Shown here in pieces: positions 24,965 to 38,561 of a stretch of DNA of 64,000 nt. Both the position numbers and the translations under genes were made by a program. How positions within the stretch are numbered: position 1 is the stretch's first letter; each line of letters starts with the position of its first letter. The notes under the pieces are model-generated. The model was not told the origin of the DNA. It saw only the letters and a program-made list of their open reading frames with translations, and did not search any database. Where the stretch lies: assembly GCF_001194135.2 (NCBI RefSeq), contig NC_068981.1, forward strand, positions 115,838,802 to 115,902,801, given 5' to 3'. The DNA comes from Octopus bimaculoides (taxonomy: Eukaryota).

Positions 24965-26190
24965 GTAGCCATTATAAAACTCCGAGTTTCGGATCGGATG
25001 CCGGGGTGGGAACCCACATCAGCATCTCTTCAGTTAATTGTTTATTATGTTCCTTTAGAGACAAAATTAATTTTCTAAGCCCAGTATTGTTGCATTTATT
25101 GTTATGTCTAAATGTAGAGTAATGATTAGATATTCTTTTCGACAAGTGAGATAATGAATTACCTATGTAAAAAAAAAAAGACATCAGAACCGGAAGTAAT
25201 CTGATATTGATAAACAGAGTTTCTAGTTTTAGAATTACTGTCACAGAAACGGATACGATTCGAATTTATATCAGAAATATTAATATTGTTGTTATTATTG
25301 TTCAAAGACTGGTTAGCGTTAATAATATCAATGTTATTATTTTCATTAAGGGAATTTATATTTTAGAACTTATTGTTATGCGAAGAGATGATTTGTGAAA
25401 GGCTTTTGGTGTTTGAAAACCCTATCCTAATTCGGTGTCAATTGATAATAGAATGGTATCTTGAATTTTTTTGGAAATTCTTATCTATAGCTTCACGAAA
25501 CTGGTCAGGGAGGTTGGATTTGATTTTCTTTATGAAATTATCAACCAATCAGTTTTACTAGGACACACCTTGTTATTAGGGTAATTATCTTTAAAAGTCT
25601 TAGACTTATTTTTATTAAGTATAAAGGGATGTGAAGAACGGTTATCTCCCTCACGCAGCAAAATTACATTTTTCGATTATTTTGTTGTTATTTGAACCAA
25701 GATTCATATTGTTATTACTGTTATGACATGTTTTCATAACCTGGTTAATAGAGGTAGAATTAATGTCAATAGGGTTAATATAGGTAATTTTTCTTTATTA
25801 TAGCCTGCTTTAAGTAAGGCACAGTTATAAAATTCAGATTTATCGTTGAAGATATCAACATTAGCAGATAATCTAGAAAGTCTAAGTGAAATATTTCTAA
25901 ATAAATTCTTTGCATTAGCCTTCGAATAATTACTGAAAGAGCTAATATACTTTAAATTAGTTGCGGGTTTATGGTTTGGGAAAATGAATCATTATATAAG
26001 TTCAGGGTAATATACAAAAAGTTGACTTTAGTTACATCATCATCGGAAATAATGTTTGAGCCCATGTTTCAAAAAAATTTAACTAACCTATTTTTAACTC
26101 TTTGTAATTTTTGGTTATTTGGTCAGAAACCTTTTGAAGGTAGAGTAGACAATCGTCACAATATAAACCTCCATTGATGTTTGGGAATTG
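24965..26190 (-). mobile_element. Penelope-like element (RT remnant, GIY-YIG endonuclease, terminal hammerhead motif)
   Basis: GGLYCDDCL, VNFLYITLNL, SLRLSRLSAN, YNCALLKAGY; ORF 24972-25244 FYIGNSLSHLSKRISNHYSTFRH...TGLRKLILSLK. Confidence 0.85.
24971..25038 (-). ncRNA. Type I hammerhead ribozyme motif at a Penelope 3' end
   Basis: AUUAA-CUGAAGA-GAUGCUG(..GUGGG UU CCCAC..)CGGCAUC-CGAUCC-GAAA-CUCGGAG-UU-UUAUAAU: core intact, 7-bp stem II, apparent AUCCG duplication before GAAA. Confidence 0.6.
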
Positions 26191-26594
26191 CTCATACATA
26201 TACATATGCATGTATATATGTGTGTATGTATGTATGTATGGATGTATGTATGTATGTATGTATGTATGTATTCGTGTATGTGAGTGTGTATGTATGTGTG
26301 TCTATATGGATGAATAAGTCAATTGAATGAACATAGTTATTCCTAATGAAACAAGACTAAAAATTTTAAGACAATATAGGAATATAAGCAAATATATTGA
26401 ACATCATATTCTTACTGAAATGTATGATTACAGAGAGTATTCTTTCAGTTGTTATAAACAAGCTAGTTTCTCATCGAGCACGTAATTAATTAAAGTGGAG
26501 TCTCCTTTTCAGAAATGTGAGCTGAATCAACTGGCCATAGTATATTTGCATACACATACATACATACATACATACATACATACATACATACATA

Positions 26595-26954
26595 CCAGAA
26601 TAACACACTATCTAAGTACCAGTCTTCAGAAATTAGGCTTCTCAAAACCAGAAATGAGAAAGCTGATTCAAGACTACAAACCCAAGCCGTACTGTAAAAA
26701 TCTATGAAGCTTACCAAAAGTTCATCATTTTAACATACAAGCAAATATATAGACATGCAACTGTATGCCTGAGAATACAGACATAAAACAAAACGAACAA
26801 ATCTCTACAGGCACGAACTGCAAATAATATACATGTACACACATACATGCAAAAAAACCTTGATGTTGAAATTTTAATGAAGGAATCTTGGATCTAGGTT
26901 AGAAAACGACTCTTTCTCAATCAGTAAGATGTCTTGAAATAAAACTGAATAATG
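26595..26954 (+). mobile_element. RLE-type LINE, CATA-flanked family, short 3'-end copy B1
   Basis: GAAATTAGGCTTCTCAAAACCAGAAATGAGAAAGCTGATTC matches the 3' end of copy A; ends AACTGAATAATGA|CATAC; (CATA)n at the 5' junction. Confidence 0.85.
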
Positions 26955-27054
26955 ACATACACACGTAGAATATACATAAATGCATACATACAGACGTAAA
27001 TACATACATACATACATACATACATACATACATACACACATACATGCATACATA

Positions 27055-27410
27055 ATACGTTATTGGGACCCTGGGATATGTAACACACTGCCTAGATACC
27101 AATCTTGAGAAATTAAGCTTCTCAAAACCAGAAAGAAGAAAGCTAATTCGAAGACTACAGATCCAATCCACCACTGGAACTGTAGAAATCTGTAAAACTT
27201 TCCAGAGGTTTATCATTTAAATGTATATGATCATGTCTAGATATGTAACTATATGCATGAGAATACATAAACCACACAAATCTGCACACATACATACATA
27301 ATACATACATACATACATACATGCATATAACAATGAAGGAACCTTAGGTCTAGGTTAGAAACCGGTTCTTCCTCTATTGGCAAGAAATCTTGAGATGAAC
27401 TGAATAACGA
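27055..27410 (+). mobile_element. RLE-type LINE, CATA-flanked family, short 3'-end copy B2
   Basis: TTATTGGGACCCTGGGATATGTAACACACTGCC...; ends AACTGAATAACGA|CATAC; (CATA)n on both sides. Confidence 0.88.
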
Positions 27411-27759
27411 CATACATACGTACATATATGCATACATACATATATACATACATACATACATACATACATACATTNNNNNNNNNNNNNNNNNNNNNNNNNN
27501 NNNNNNNNNNNNNNNNNNNNNNNNNNNNNNNNNNNNNNNNNNNNNNNNNNNNNNNNNNNNNNNNNNNNNNNNNNNNNNNNNNNNNNNNNNNNNNNNNNNN
27601 NNNNNNNNNNNNNNNNNNNNNNNNNNNNNNNNNNNGTACATATATGCATACATACATATATACATACATACATACATACATACATACATTGCAATAACTA
27701 TTGATCTCACAAAAACAAGTGAAGAATGCAAAGTACTGAAATCACAGCTTGCACCCAAA

Positions 27760-28400
27760 GTTCAAACAGAACTTCACTACTTAAAAAATGACATGATAGT
27801 TAAAATGAATAGGAGGGAATTTGAACGATCGGGTTGTTGATGGAGAGGAATGGTCAGTGGTACAAAGACGAAACTAGGACATTTGTGATAAAAGTGAGTA
27901 ACTCTTACTATGAATATGAATAAAAATGTCACAAGTTATTAAAAGTCGCAGATAATTAACATTTCTTAAAAACGCTCCAAGGGGAAATTTATATCAGAAG
28001 AAATAATGCAGCTAACGAAGTATGGGACCTCCATTGCAGAAGGGTATGTGAATTAAATGAACAGAGTTAAACATAAAAATGTAAAAATGGGAAGGAATTA
28101 AAGTTAATGCAAATATCAATTGCAAAGCATAAAAAAAAAGAAGAAGAAAAGACAAATCATTTACTGCATTACATGTCACATGTTGTGAGAATTATATCGG
28201 CCAAAATGGATCAAAATTAAGAGACTGCGATAGGGTCCATATACAAAAAGTCAAAGAATATATTCTTAGAATGGTTCCATGAACATTGAGACGTTTGTGG
28301 AAATAGAAATTTCAAAAGACTCCCTTTCTAAAGTAAAGGAAGAGTATAATCAACAACGAAAGCCAAAAGAATACTTCATAATAATTCTAAATCTGAAACT
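27760..28400 (+). mobile_element. Decayed Penelope-like GIY-YIG fragment (second subtype)
   Basis: IYCITC / CCENYIGQNGSKLRDCDRVHIQK at about 28157-28250. Confidence 0.6.
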
Positions 28401-29186
28401 AAAGAGGAATTAGTCAGCATCCCCTATAGAAATAACACCTGTATACGGCGTACCTCATAACACATATGGTTGAAAAGTAGTAAACAGCGAAAAACGCTTA
28501 ACAGAACATGAAAATGGCCTTCATAAGGTTTGTGGATATATCTCAAGAACTTTATATAAAAACGTTTTATTATATATATATATATNNNNNNNNNNNNNNN
28601 NNNNNNNNNNNNNNNNNNNNNNNNNNNNNNNNNNNNNNNNNNNNNNNNNNNNNNNNNNNNNNNNNNNNNNNNNNNNNNNNNNNNNNNNNNNNNNNNNNNN
28701 NNNNNNNNNNNNNNNNNNNNNNNNNNNNNNNNNNNNNNNNNNNNNNNNNNNNNNNNNNNNNNNNNNNNNNNNNNNNNNNNNNNNNNNNNNNNNNNNNNNN
28801 NNNNNNNNNNNNNNNNNNNNNNNNNNNNNNNNNNNNNNNNNNNNNNNNNNNNNNNNNNNNNNNNNNNNNNNNNNNNNNNNNNNNNNNNNNNNNNNNNNNN
28901 NNNNNNNNNNNNNNNNNNNNNNNNNNNNNNNNNNNNNNNNNNNNNNNNNNNNNNNNNNNNNNNNNNNNNNNNNNNNNNNNNNNNNNNNNNNNNNNNNNNN
29001 NNNNNNNNNNNNNNNNNNNNNNNNNNNNNNNNNNNNNNNNNNNNNNNNNNNNNNNNNNNNNNNNNNNNNNNNNNNNNNNNNNNNNNNNNNNNNNNNNNNN
29101 NNNNNNNNNNNNNNNNNNNNNNNNNNNNNNNNNNNNNNNNNNNNNNNNNNNNNNNNNNNNNNNNNNNNNNNNNNNNNNNNNNNNNN

Positions 29187-29202
29187 GACGCTCTTCCGAT
29201 CT
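29187..29202 (+). other. Illumina adapter 3' end assembled at a contig edge (artefact)
   Basis: GACGCTCTTCCGATCT directly after an N gap is the 3' end of the standard TruSeq read-1 primer/adapter sequence. Confidence 0.92.
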
Positions 29203-30914
29203 ATGTATAGATATATAGATAGATAAATTGAGAGATAGATAGATAGATAAATAGACAGATAGATAGATAGCGGAATAGCCGGCAAGATTCAGAGAGTTTC
29301 GGTGTATAATTTGCCGCACTGGATGTTATATGGATGGAAGTATAAAATGCACGTATGCGAATGTCTGCACCCATGCATTCATGTATGCCAATGCATTATA
29401 TACTTACATGTGCATGTCAGTGGACGAGGTAGAAGATGAGCGAAAACCTGTATGTTGAAGGCATTTAGGGATAATGGAATAAAAAGAGGTAGAGGAAGGA
29501 GTAATATCAAAAGAAATTGAGGTGAAAAGATGAAGAAAGAAGAGGAAAAAGAAGAAAAAGGAGGAGAAGAAGAAGAACAACAACAACAAAACAAGAACAG
29601 CAACAAGAACAACAGAAACAACAAGAATTCTGTTGCTGTTGACGAAGTTGATGATTGTGTAATATCCAAAGGAAGAAAGAGAGAGCGATATGTAGAAATT
29701 AGGAAGTAAGACTGAGGAAGGAAGGAGTAGAAGTAAGAGGAAGGAAATTAAGAACAAGGGAAGTGATACGAGGTTAAAAAAGAAACATTCATTTCATTGT
29801 ATAGTGTTGATGGTGGTGGTGGTGGTGGTTTGCTGATGGCGGTGGTGACGACCAGAGTTTATGGCGATAGTATGGTGTTCGTGGTTGTGATGTTTTTGCT
29901 GTTGCTGATGGAGACCGTGGTAGTGATGGCGATAATGATCGTGTACATATGTATGTGTATGCGAGCGTACAAGAGTGAATGTGTCGGTGTGTATGTGTGT
30001 GTGTATGCATGTTTGTGTGTATGTAAAAATACAAATAAATAAATAAGAGCCTTCGACTAAAGAAGACCGATTTTAATCTGAAGAGATAGACTGAAGTATT
30101 TCCAAAGCAAAGCATCAAAGCAGTGTGCTTCCGGCATTTTCTAGCGCGATCCACTAACAATTGCTAGCACGTAGACTCTCACATTTTCTAGCAAAAGGTT
30201 CCTTTCCTGTCCCCCAATGTTTTCATTGAATGCAGTAATATATATTTTTTAAAAATTATATATGTCTGATTATTTTATTTTATTTATTTCGATTATATGT
30301 GCATATTATATGTATGTATATATTGCTTTTTGAATATATATATATATATATATATGCATAATCACACACACAAATACGTACATACATGTATATGCGTATA
30401 TACAGATTAAATACATACATACACATGTCTGTATATCTGTACTCGCCACAAAGAAACTTTATGTATTCGACTAAGAAAATAAAATATGGAAAATCTTCAG
30501 AATACTGTATATATATATATATATATATATNNNNNNNNNNNNNNNNNNNNNNNNNNNNNNNNNNNNNNNNNNNNNNNNNNNNNNNNNNNNNNNNNNNNNN
30601 NNNNNNNNNNNNNNNNNNNNNNNNNNNNNNNNNNNNNNNNNNNNNNNNNNNNNNNNNNNNNNNNNNNNNNNNNNNNNNNNNNNNNNNNNNNNNNNNNNNN
30701 NNNNNNNNNNNNNNNNNNNNNNNNNNNNNNNNNNNNNNNNNNNNNNNNNNNNNNNNNNNNNNNNNNNNNNNNNNNNNNNNNNNNNNNNNNNNNNNNNNNN
30801 NNNNNNNNNNNNNNNNNNNNNNNNNNNNNNNNNNNNNNNNNNNNNNNNNNNNNNNNNNNNNNNNNNNNNNNNNNNNNNNNNNNNNNNNNNNNNNNNNNNN
30901 NNNNNNNNNNNNNN

Positions 30915-30945
<31 letters not shown>

Positions 30946-30962
30946 CATATATATACATACAA

Positions 30963-31042
<80 letters not shown>

Positions 31043-31199
31043 GCGAAAGGCTTTTAAAAATAACAATAATAACAGTAGCAGCAAAATAACGGTATACATG
31101 AGTTTTGGAACAGCAGAAGACAGTAGTAACAGCAAGAAAAATAACAGTGACAACAGTAAAGAACTGGGATTGTTGGGATAGGATCAACGTATCCTGCAC

Positions 31200-31900
31200 G
31201 CAATACCATTTCTCCTCAACATCAACATCGCCATCGTCATCATCATACCTTTATTTTAATCATGACCTTCATAACCGTCACCATAATTGTCATTCCGTCA
31301 TCGCAACCATTATCCTACCTTATATCGCCACCTTATGATGATGATGACGACGATGATGATGATCATGCATCATCCTCATCATCCTCATCGTTACTGTCAT
31401 CGTCATCATTGTTTTTGATCTCCTGCATCATGGACATCATCATCATTACCGTAATCTTAACCTTAATCATGGTCATGTGATTGATGTCTATAGAAATACC
31501 CTAATATTACTCATCCTGCTGCTTCTCGTCCTCCTCCCCTTTCATTTTCCCCTTCTCCTCTATATCCTCTTCATCATCATTGTCATCATCATCATCATTA
31601 TGAACAGCTGTAACAGCACAACAGGAGTATCAAAAATGACGCTTCTAAAGTGGTGGCTATCAGCATCATCAATATTATTACTGTCATTATCGCTGTCATC
31701 GTCATTGACGTTGTCGTCATCGTCGTCTTCGTCACCGTCGTCATCATCATCTTCCATTTTCATTAATCTCCTTCCCCCTCCTCCTCTCATCATTTTCACA
31801 TAAGCTTTTTCAATAGCTGCATCGTTATCATTAACATTGATATCATCATCATATCGTTCTCTCTACTTCCATAACTGTCAATACAACACAGCCTCATCCT
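31200..31900. repeat. Cryptic, decayed (CAT/CGT/CCT)n low-complexity tract
   Basis: Direct reading; explains the poly-S/poly-D ORFs. Confidence 0.8.
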
Positions 31901-33148
31901 CATCGTTGCCCTCACAGCATTTACAAACTAAATTATTATCTCTGACGCGAAGTTCATTTTGAAAGTGAATCCTGTTTCATTTCTCCGTTGCAATACAAGA
32001 GTTTCACTTCACTTCATATTCTTTATGTTAGTAAAGCTGGTGGAAATATCAGAATACACGCTTCTGTTTTCCTCTCTTTATAAATATCAATAATATTTCA
32101 GTTTTCAAGAAGACATTTACAAAATGCTTGGCAAAATTTATGCGAAAATACTTTAGAACCTTTGTACCGTTTTGTTGAAGACTAGTTTGGATGATTTAAG
32201 GAAGATTCAACTTTCTGGTGACTGTCTAAGTCGGTTCTCAGACATGTATAACACTGGGTGGTGAGTTACTAATCAGAGACAAACATAGATGCAATCGCTG
32301 GGCTGTTGTTATCCAGTGATCAGAGGAAGATATTAATTCCAGTTACGTGATTTCAATGCTGCCTGTCTTAATTGCGATTTGACCTGGTTGCACGCTGTCA
32401 TTACGTTGCGATTGTTTTCCGAAGTTTATTATCGGTCAAGCAATTTAATTCAATTTAAAACAAATAGTTAACACATAGCTAATCTATATAGCACCGTAGC
32501 TTTATATTTTCTCTAACTGGCTAAAGGAAAAGCTTCACCATTGTCACTCGATCCGCTTTGAAAACTCTTTAAATCGACTTCAGATCTCAATAACATCTTC
32601 AATAAGGGTAACGTCATATTGAAATTATAAAACATAAGACGGGATGGTTATGGTTGGAATACCTTTGACCATACGTCTATTTTATAATTACAACCTAAAG
32701 CTAAACGTCAATAATAACAATAACAACAACAGCTGCAGCAGTATCAAACAATAAGAGGGCGTACGAAATGTTATCTTGTATTCATAGAAATGTAAACTGA
32801 GTTAGCGAGGGTTAAAGGGTCTAGACATGAATAATACAAAGTTCCGGCAATAGACTATACAGTCTATTAACCTTGTGATCTGTAATTTAACACCCAGCTG
32901 ATTTGGCCAGCTGAGACTCTCGAATCCAAAATAACCTTTGTGAAGGATGTTGTAGAAGTTATAACTGGAATCTGTTATATTAAAAGAAAGTAAAAGCGAA
33001 AATTGAAGAAAACGAGTTTAAGTTAAACATAAATACAAAGAAATATGTTTCTTAGATTGGTATGAAAAACAGTGTCTCTTTATTTGCAAGCAAACGCACA
33101 AGCACACACAAACATATGCATTATGCATGTATATATATTTTCTCAAGC

Positions 33149-33206
<58 letters not shown>

Positions 33207-33212
33207 TAATAA

Positions 33213-33555
33213 TAGAGTGGAAAACCAAATTGTACTCAAGTAATGTATTCCTTGGAGAAGTTAATATTAAAAGGGGAATCTTCTTAGGTGGCTCGTTTTC
33301 TGTGTTACTATTTGTAATTGCATTAAGCCCATAACAGTGACACTTAAGAAAGTTAAGATGGGTTACCGATGTGGGAAGAAAGGCCCATTGTTGAACCATT
33401 TTTTGTTCATAGATGGCCTGAAATTGTTTGGGAAATCTGAAAAACATAGATTCCTTAACCAAAACAGTCCAGAAGTGTGGTAGGGACATCGGTATGGAAT
33501 TTGGGATTACCAAATGCTCCATACTTAATATGAAACGAGGGAAGAAAGCAGCCTG
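33213..33555 (+). mobile_element. RLE-type (Dong-like) LINE RT fragment directly after (AAT)n
   Basis: EWKTKL, VNIKRGIFLGGSFSVLLFVIALSP, IDSLTKTVQKCGRDIGMEFGITKCSILNMKRGK. Confidence 0.85.
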
Positions 33556-33568
33556 ATGATGGTAATTA

Positions 33569-33624
<56 letters not shown>

Positions 33625-33859
33625 ATGGTAATAAGACTAATTCAGCAGCAGCAACTACAACCGTTGAATGTGCAACAATGATAACGATGAAAAGGACAGC
33701 CATCGTGGCTACAGAAGATAGTCAGAATAATGAAAATAACAACACAGCAACAGCACCATAAGTAACAACGCAGATTACAGCAACAATACTAGTGATAATG
33801 ATAGTGGTGGCAGAGGTAGTGGTAACAACAACAACAACAACAACAATAATAACACACCA

Positions 33860-35780
33860 AACATGAAGTTGGTTACTATCCTTCCACTAATGAGGATTAT
33901 GTGTAATGACGAATAACCACTCCTTGCCAGTAAGGTTAAAATGGAAAGGGCCCAAATGAAAACGCAAACCACGTGTAAGTAACAGAGCATCGGTCTTCCC
34001 GTGAGTCATCAAGGACCGTATTCCTCAGTGGGCAAACGAGCTGAGGTCAAAAAATTGGTGTCTAGGTAACACTCCTTTGAAGATTGATCCGAGGAATCGT
34101 GATCGCTGACATTGCAAATCGAACACCAACATTAGTTGGTGTATTCAAAGAATTAGAAATATATGGATACGCGAAGTATATAAACAGGTTGTATCAACAC
34201 TGAATAAACCAGAAAGAAAGATCACTGAGTGATGCTGAAACAATGTCGGAAGTAACGCTTGGGAATATGTAATCCGAAACAAATTAGCAAATGTACATAG
34301 TGACATCAAGCGTATCCGTAGACTTACTCATGCTGAAATAGAAATTATCAAAATTACTGTTAGCACTAGTATAAATGATGACAATGAAGAGTAGAAATTA
34401 ACAACGTGAATTTAGAGGGAATACTATAGTTAATAAAGCACAACATCAAGTTGGATCATGCGCCGGAATATGAAGCCCATCAAAAGCAAAATAATGCACC
34501 AAAACCTGAAGGCCTTCATGAATTAGAAACCAATTTACTAGCTTTGTTTACAGAAGACGACATTGACAAAATTCAAGACGCAAAAGTGACAACAAACATG
34601 AATACAATATCTCACAACATCCAGAAATGAACAGCTACCTAAATTCCAAGCGAACAAGTCTAGCCTACTTGTTATAAAAGTTTATGACTACACCTTAAAA
34701 GAAATTCTTGCAGAGTTTAAATGCGGCTTGACTTCATTAAATTATCTCATATATGCAGCATCATACGCAACTTCTAAGGAAACAGGTATCACAATAAAGA
34801 AAAGGGGTCCCCCAAAAGATCAAACAAAACAACCAACATCCATAGGTTTGATAAGAGAAGTAACTTCTACAGACAAAACAAAACATTCAGAACGGAAGCA
34901 AAAAAAAAAAAAAATTACAGAGAACTTTGAAAGCAAACATCAGAAATTCAGGACCCGCTTGAAATGCATGAAGTAGAAACGTTCAGGAACAGTATATGAA
35001 ATAATAACAGGGAATTTAATGAAATGTCTGAACGGATCACAAGAGATGAACAAAAAGTGGTGAAATGTACAAGATCAAATTGGGGAAGATATTTCTGTCA
35101 AGGAACTGAAAGAAGCTTTGTGAAAAGCTCGTAAATGGAAATCTCCCGGGCATGATATGATACAAAAGTTTTTGTTGAATACCCTGACAACATCAGATGC
35201 AAAGATCAACTTCTGATTGACCGAATGATAGTTGAAAACTGGTCCTCTATAATCTTAGTACAGCTTCGATATCACAAGGCATTCAATAGGGTCCCTCCCT
35301 CGTGGATCGCAAAAGCTCTGGACTTGTATAAAATATCACCATAAAGATTTTCTTTGTCAAAGTATGGGTGCGTGGTACATAAAATTGTACTTTGACCATA
35401 ATAAAGGCATAAGTACATCTGGCAACCAACGTATATTCCAAGGAGATTCGTTGTCGCCATTAGTCTTATGCTTAAAACTTATATCTCTGTCACATGAACC
35501 GAACATGCACAATATGAATACAAAATCTTCGATAGAATCATCTCACACTTCTTTCATGTGGATTGCCTCGAGCTATATGCAAAGAATGATAATAATCTGG
35601 AGGGATTACTAACAACTGTGAACAGTTTTAGTAGCAATATTAACATAAACTTTGGCTTGGATAAGTGCACCGAGAAAACTCATTTCTGTATAGTCCATTA
35701 CACTAAATGACAACACTGTTATCTATTAGAGCAGAAATAGAGCATACAAATATCTGGAAATAAATGAAAGTGTGTGTTCG
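33860..35780 (+). mobile_element. Decayed RLE-type LINE (N-terminal domain plus RT, internal deletions)
   Basis: KLANV..DI..RLTHAEIEIIK, TSLNYLIYAASY, KWKSPGHD, YHKAFNRVPPSWI, IFQGDSLSPL, LYAKND, FGLDKC. Confidence 0.8.
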
Positions 35781-36363
35781 AGCACATGGTAAGATCTTCG
35801 TATTACTGGGTAGCATTACTTCGATGAAATGTGTTACGTAAACATGTATATAAGTAGCTGCGTATATATGTTTACTTTGTCTTAATACTCGATCACTATC
35901 TCTGTTTGAGTCGTCATCTAGTATTCAGTGATAGAATATTTCCAAGGATATCTACGACTTGGTCACTAAATTTCAAATCAATTGCATTTGTTATTGTTAA
36001 TACTATTACATCTCTTACTATTGTACACTCTCACATCCTGGATAGGCTGTCATATATTATATATATATACGTATATATATATATATATATATATNNNNNN
36101 NNNNNNNNNNNNNNNNNNNNNNNNNNNNNNNNNNNNNNNNNNNNNNNNNNNNNNNNNNNNNNNNNNNNNNNNNNNNNNNNNNNNNNNNNNNNNNNNNNNN
36201 NNNNNNNNNNNNNNNNNNNNNNNNNNNNNNNNNNNNNNNNNNNNNNNNNNNNNNNNNNNNNNNNNNNNNNNNNNNNNNNNNNNNTATATATATATATATA
36301 TACACATATACATATATACACGTATATATATGTATATATATAAGAGTGAGAGAGAGAGAGAGA

Positions 36364-36400
<37 letters not shown>

Positions 36401-38503
36401 GTATATATATAATATATGATATATATGTGCATGCATATATGAATGTGTATGTTTATATGTATGTATGTTTGTATGTATGTATGTATGTATCTATGTATGA
36501 ATTGAAATATTATGTATTCGATATATTATATATTCGATATAGAAATGCATTGCTTAAAGTTTCACAAGAGTGAGAAAAAAATTCACGAACATTTGGTTTC
36601 TTGGATCCGAACCAAGCACACGATCAACGAGAGTTTTTTTTTATTATTGTTTCACCCATTTAAGATTTGTATGAAATGAATTAGCTTCAAGCGATTGACG
36701 AAACTGAATTGGTGACTAGCCAGGAAAAAAAAAATGAACATTGCCACCATATCTGTACTTCTGAAATATTTTATTATCTTCAGTCGGCTTTCCCTGATGA
36801 CGATGATGACAAGAGCAACAATGGCAACAACAACGACGTGACACAACATGGACAACCACAACAACATCATCAACAAAAAGAAAAACCAGGACAGCTATCT
36901 TATTGAATACCACCTTTAATCTCGATCAAGATAAAGTGGTTGTAAAAACGACAAGATAATGTTGACATACAAGTGTGTTGAATTCTCGTTGGGGATTTTT
37001 AATGAAGTAGATGCTATCTGCAAATTTATTGCTGTTAGCTAATTGAACATATCAACACCTTTAGTGATTCTGTATACATACACATGTGTAGCACATCCTC
37101 CAACAACTGACTAACACTAAATCTCCATACTCAGGGAAAAAGAAACTGACAAAACAATAAATATGTGTGTGTGTATACACACATACATTTGTGTATATAT
37201 GTGTATATGTGTACATGGAAATTTTTCTTCTAGTTACCACATACACATGCATACACGCACTCACACGTGTGTATGTGTTTATGTGTGAATCTGTTAATGT
37301 CTTTTCATAACTTAATACAGACTGATGAACGTTTTCTATTTCAAGGGAAACTTAATGCACCACGGTTCGGTTTCGATTCTTATCTATTACTGTTGCAGTT
37401 AATTTACTTTACAAAGTTAATGTAGTTGAGAAATATATATTATTTCACATCATCTCATAAAGCTCAGGCCATTAGATGAGTATTTTGGCTGCTTGCATGT
37501 ATTTCAAATGAACACAGTAAAAACTTCTTCAAATCACTTAGCTCACCCATAGGAAATCCCGAATATTCCTCTTCCTATTCTGTTTCTTCCTCTTGAAATA
37601 TTGATATATACTAAAATTGTGATGACAGACCTGAACTTCTGACGAAGCTGATTCTGTGACTAACACAATTCCTACTTTTGGCTATCTCTATGTCATCACT
37701 AAAGCACATAAGAATGGCACGGACGTCATGCAACTACAATTCGTGAACCTACAATGAAGTCACAATACATTTACTTTTTCTGTTAGAAATAGAAATGAAA
37801 TCCCTTTCAAATTATTCACTACCGGGTTAAAATTAGAAGGTCATATTTTGGAATGTAGCCTTAAATACACAATCGAAAATCTAGACAGGATTACACTATT
37901 AGAATACTGTTAATCATAGCTCTCCTCAATGTCAGTGCTGGGTAGAGGCCAAAACAACAACAATCAGCTAAATCCAAGATAGATTATGCTATTGATGAAT
38001 TGGCAATAAATGTTAAACAATCTCATTCATTAACTTCTCAGAGTCTCTTAGCCTTGTGTTTATGTCAGAAGCAATCGTGTAAACATTTCGTAAGGATATG
38101 ATAACGTTATAACATTGATGTTCTTGTGAGAGAAGAAATAAATTTTCCAATCACGAATATTGATTCTTAAGATTTCAAGATTTTATAAACAAACAACTCT
38201 CTTATTCACTAATGATATCTTTCAGGTAGAAAGATCGTATTTCAGTCTGCACATTTTCATTATGACCTTCCATGACTCAGTTCGGCTATAAGTGAGAAAT
38301 TCTTTTCAATACATTTCAGGATATCAGATATGCCAATGAATAAGATATGAAAGTTACATTGAAAATGCATAATGGTCCAAGGGATTATTTTACGCATGTT
38401 AGCAGTTGCATGAAGTATTTAAAATTTCTCTCGAGCTAGTAGATGGATAGATACAGAAAGTAAGACGGGAAGTTCGGAGATAAGCAAGACATGAGTAAAA
38501 CAA

Positions 38504-38561
<58 letters not shown>

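Noticed and set aside
26540-27475. CRISPR-like repeat-spacer pattern
   Set aside because: Units are LINE 3' ends separated by microsatellite; no constant repeat with unique spacers and no cas genes.
28508-31199. Several ORFs over 200 aa
   Set aside because: Made of N runs and dinucleotide repeats.
36783-36906. Candidate exon SAFPDDDDDKSNNGNNN...
   Set aside because: Low-complexity decayed trinucleotide sequence with no supporting neighbours.
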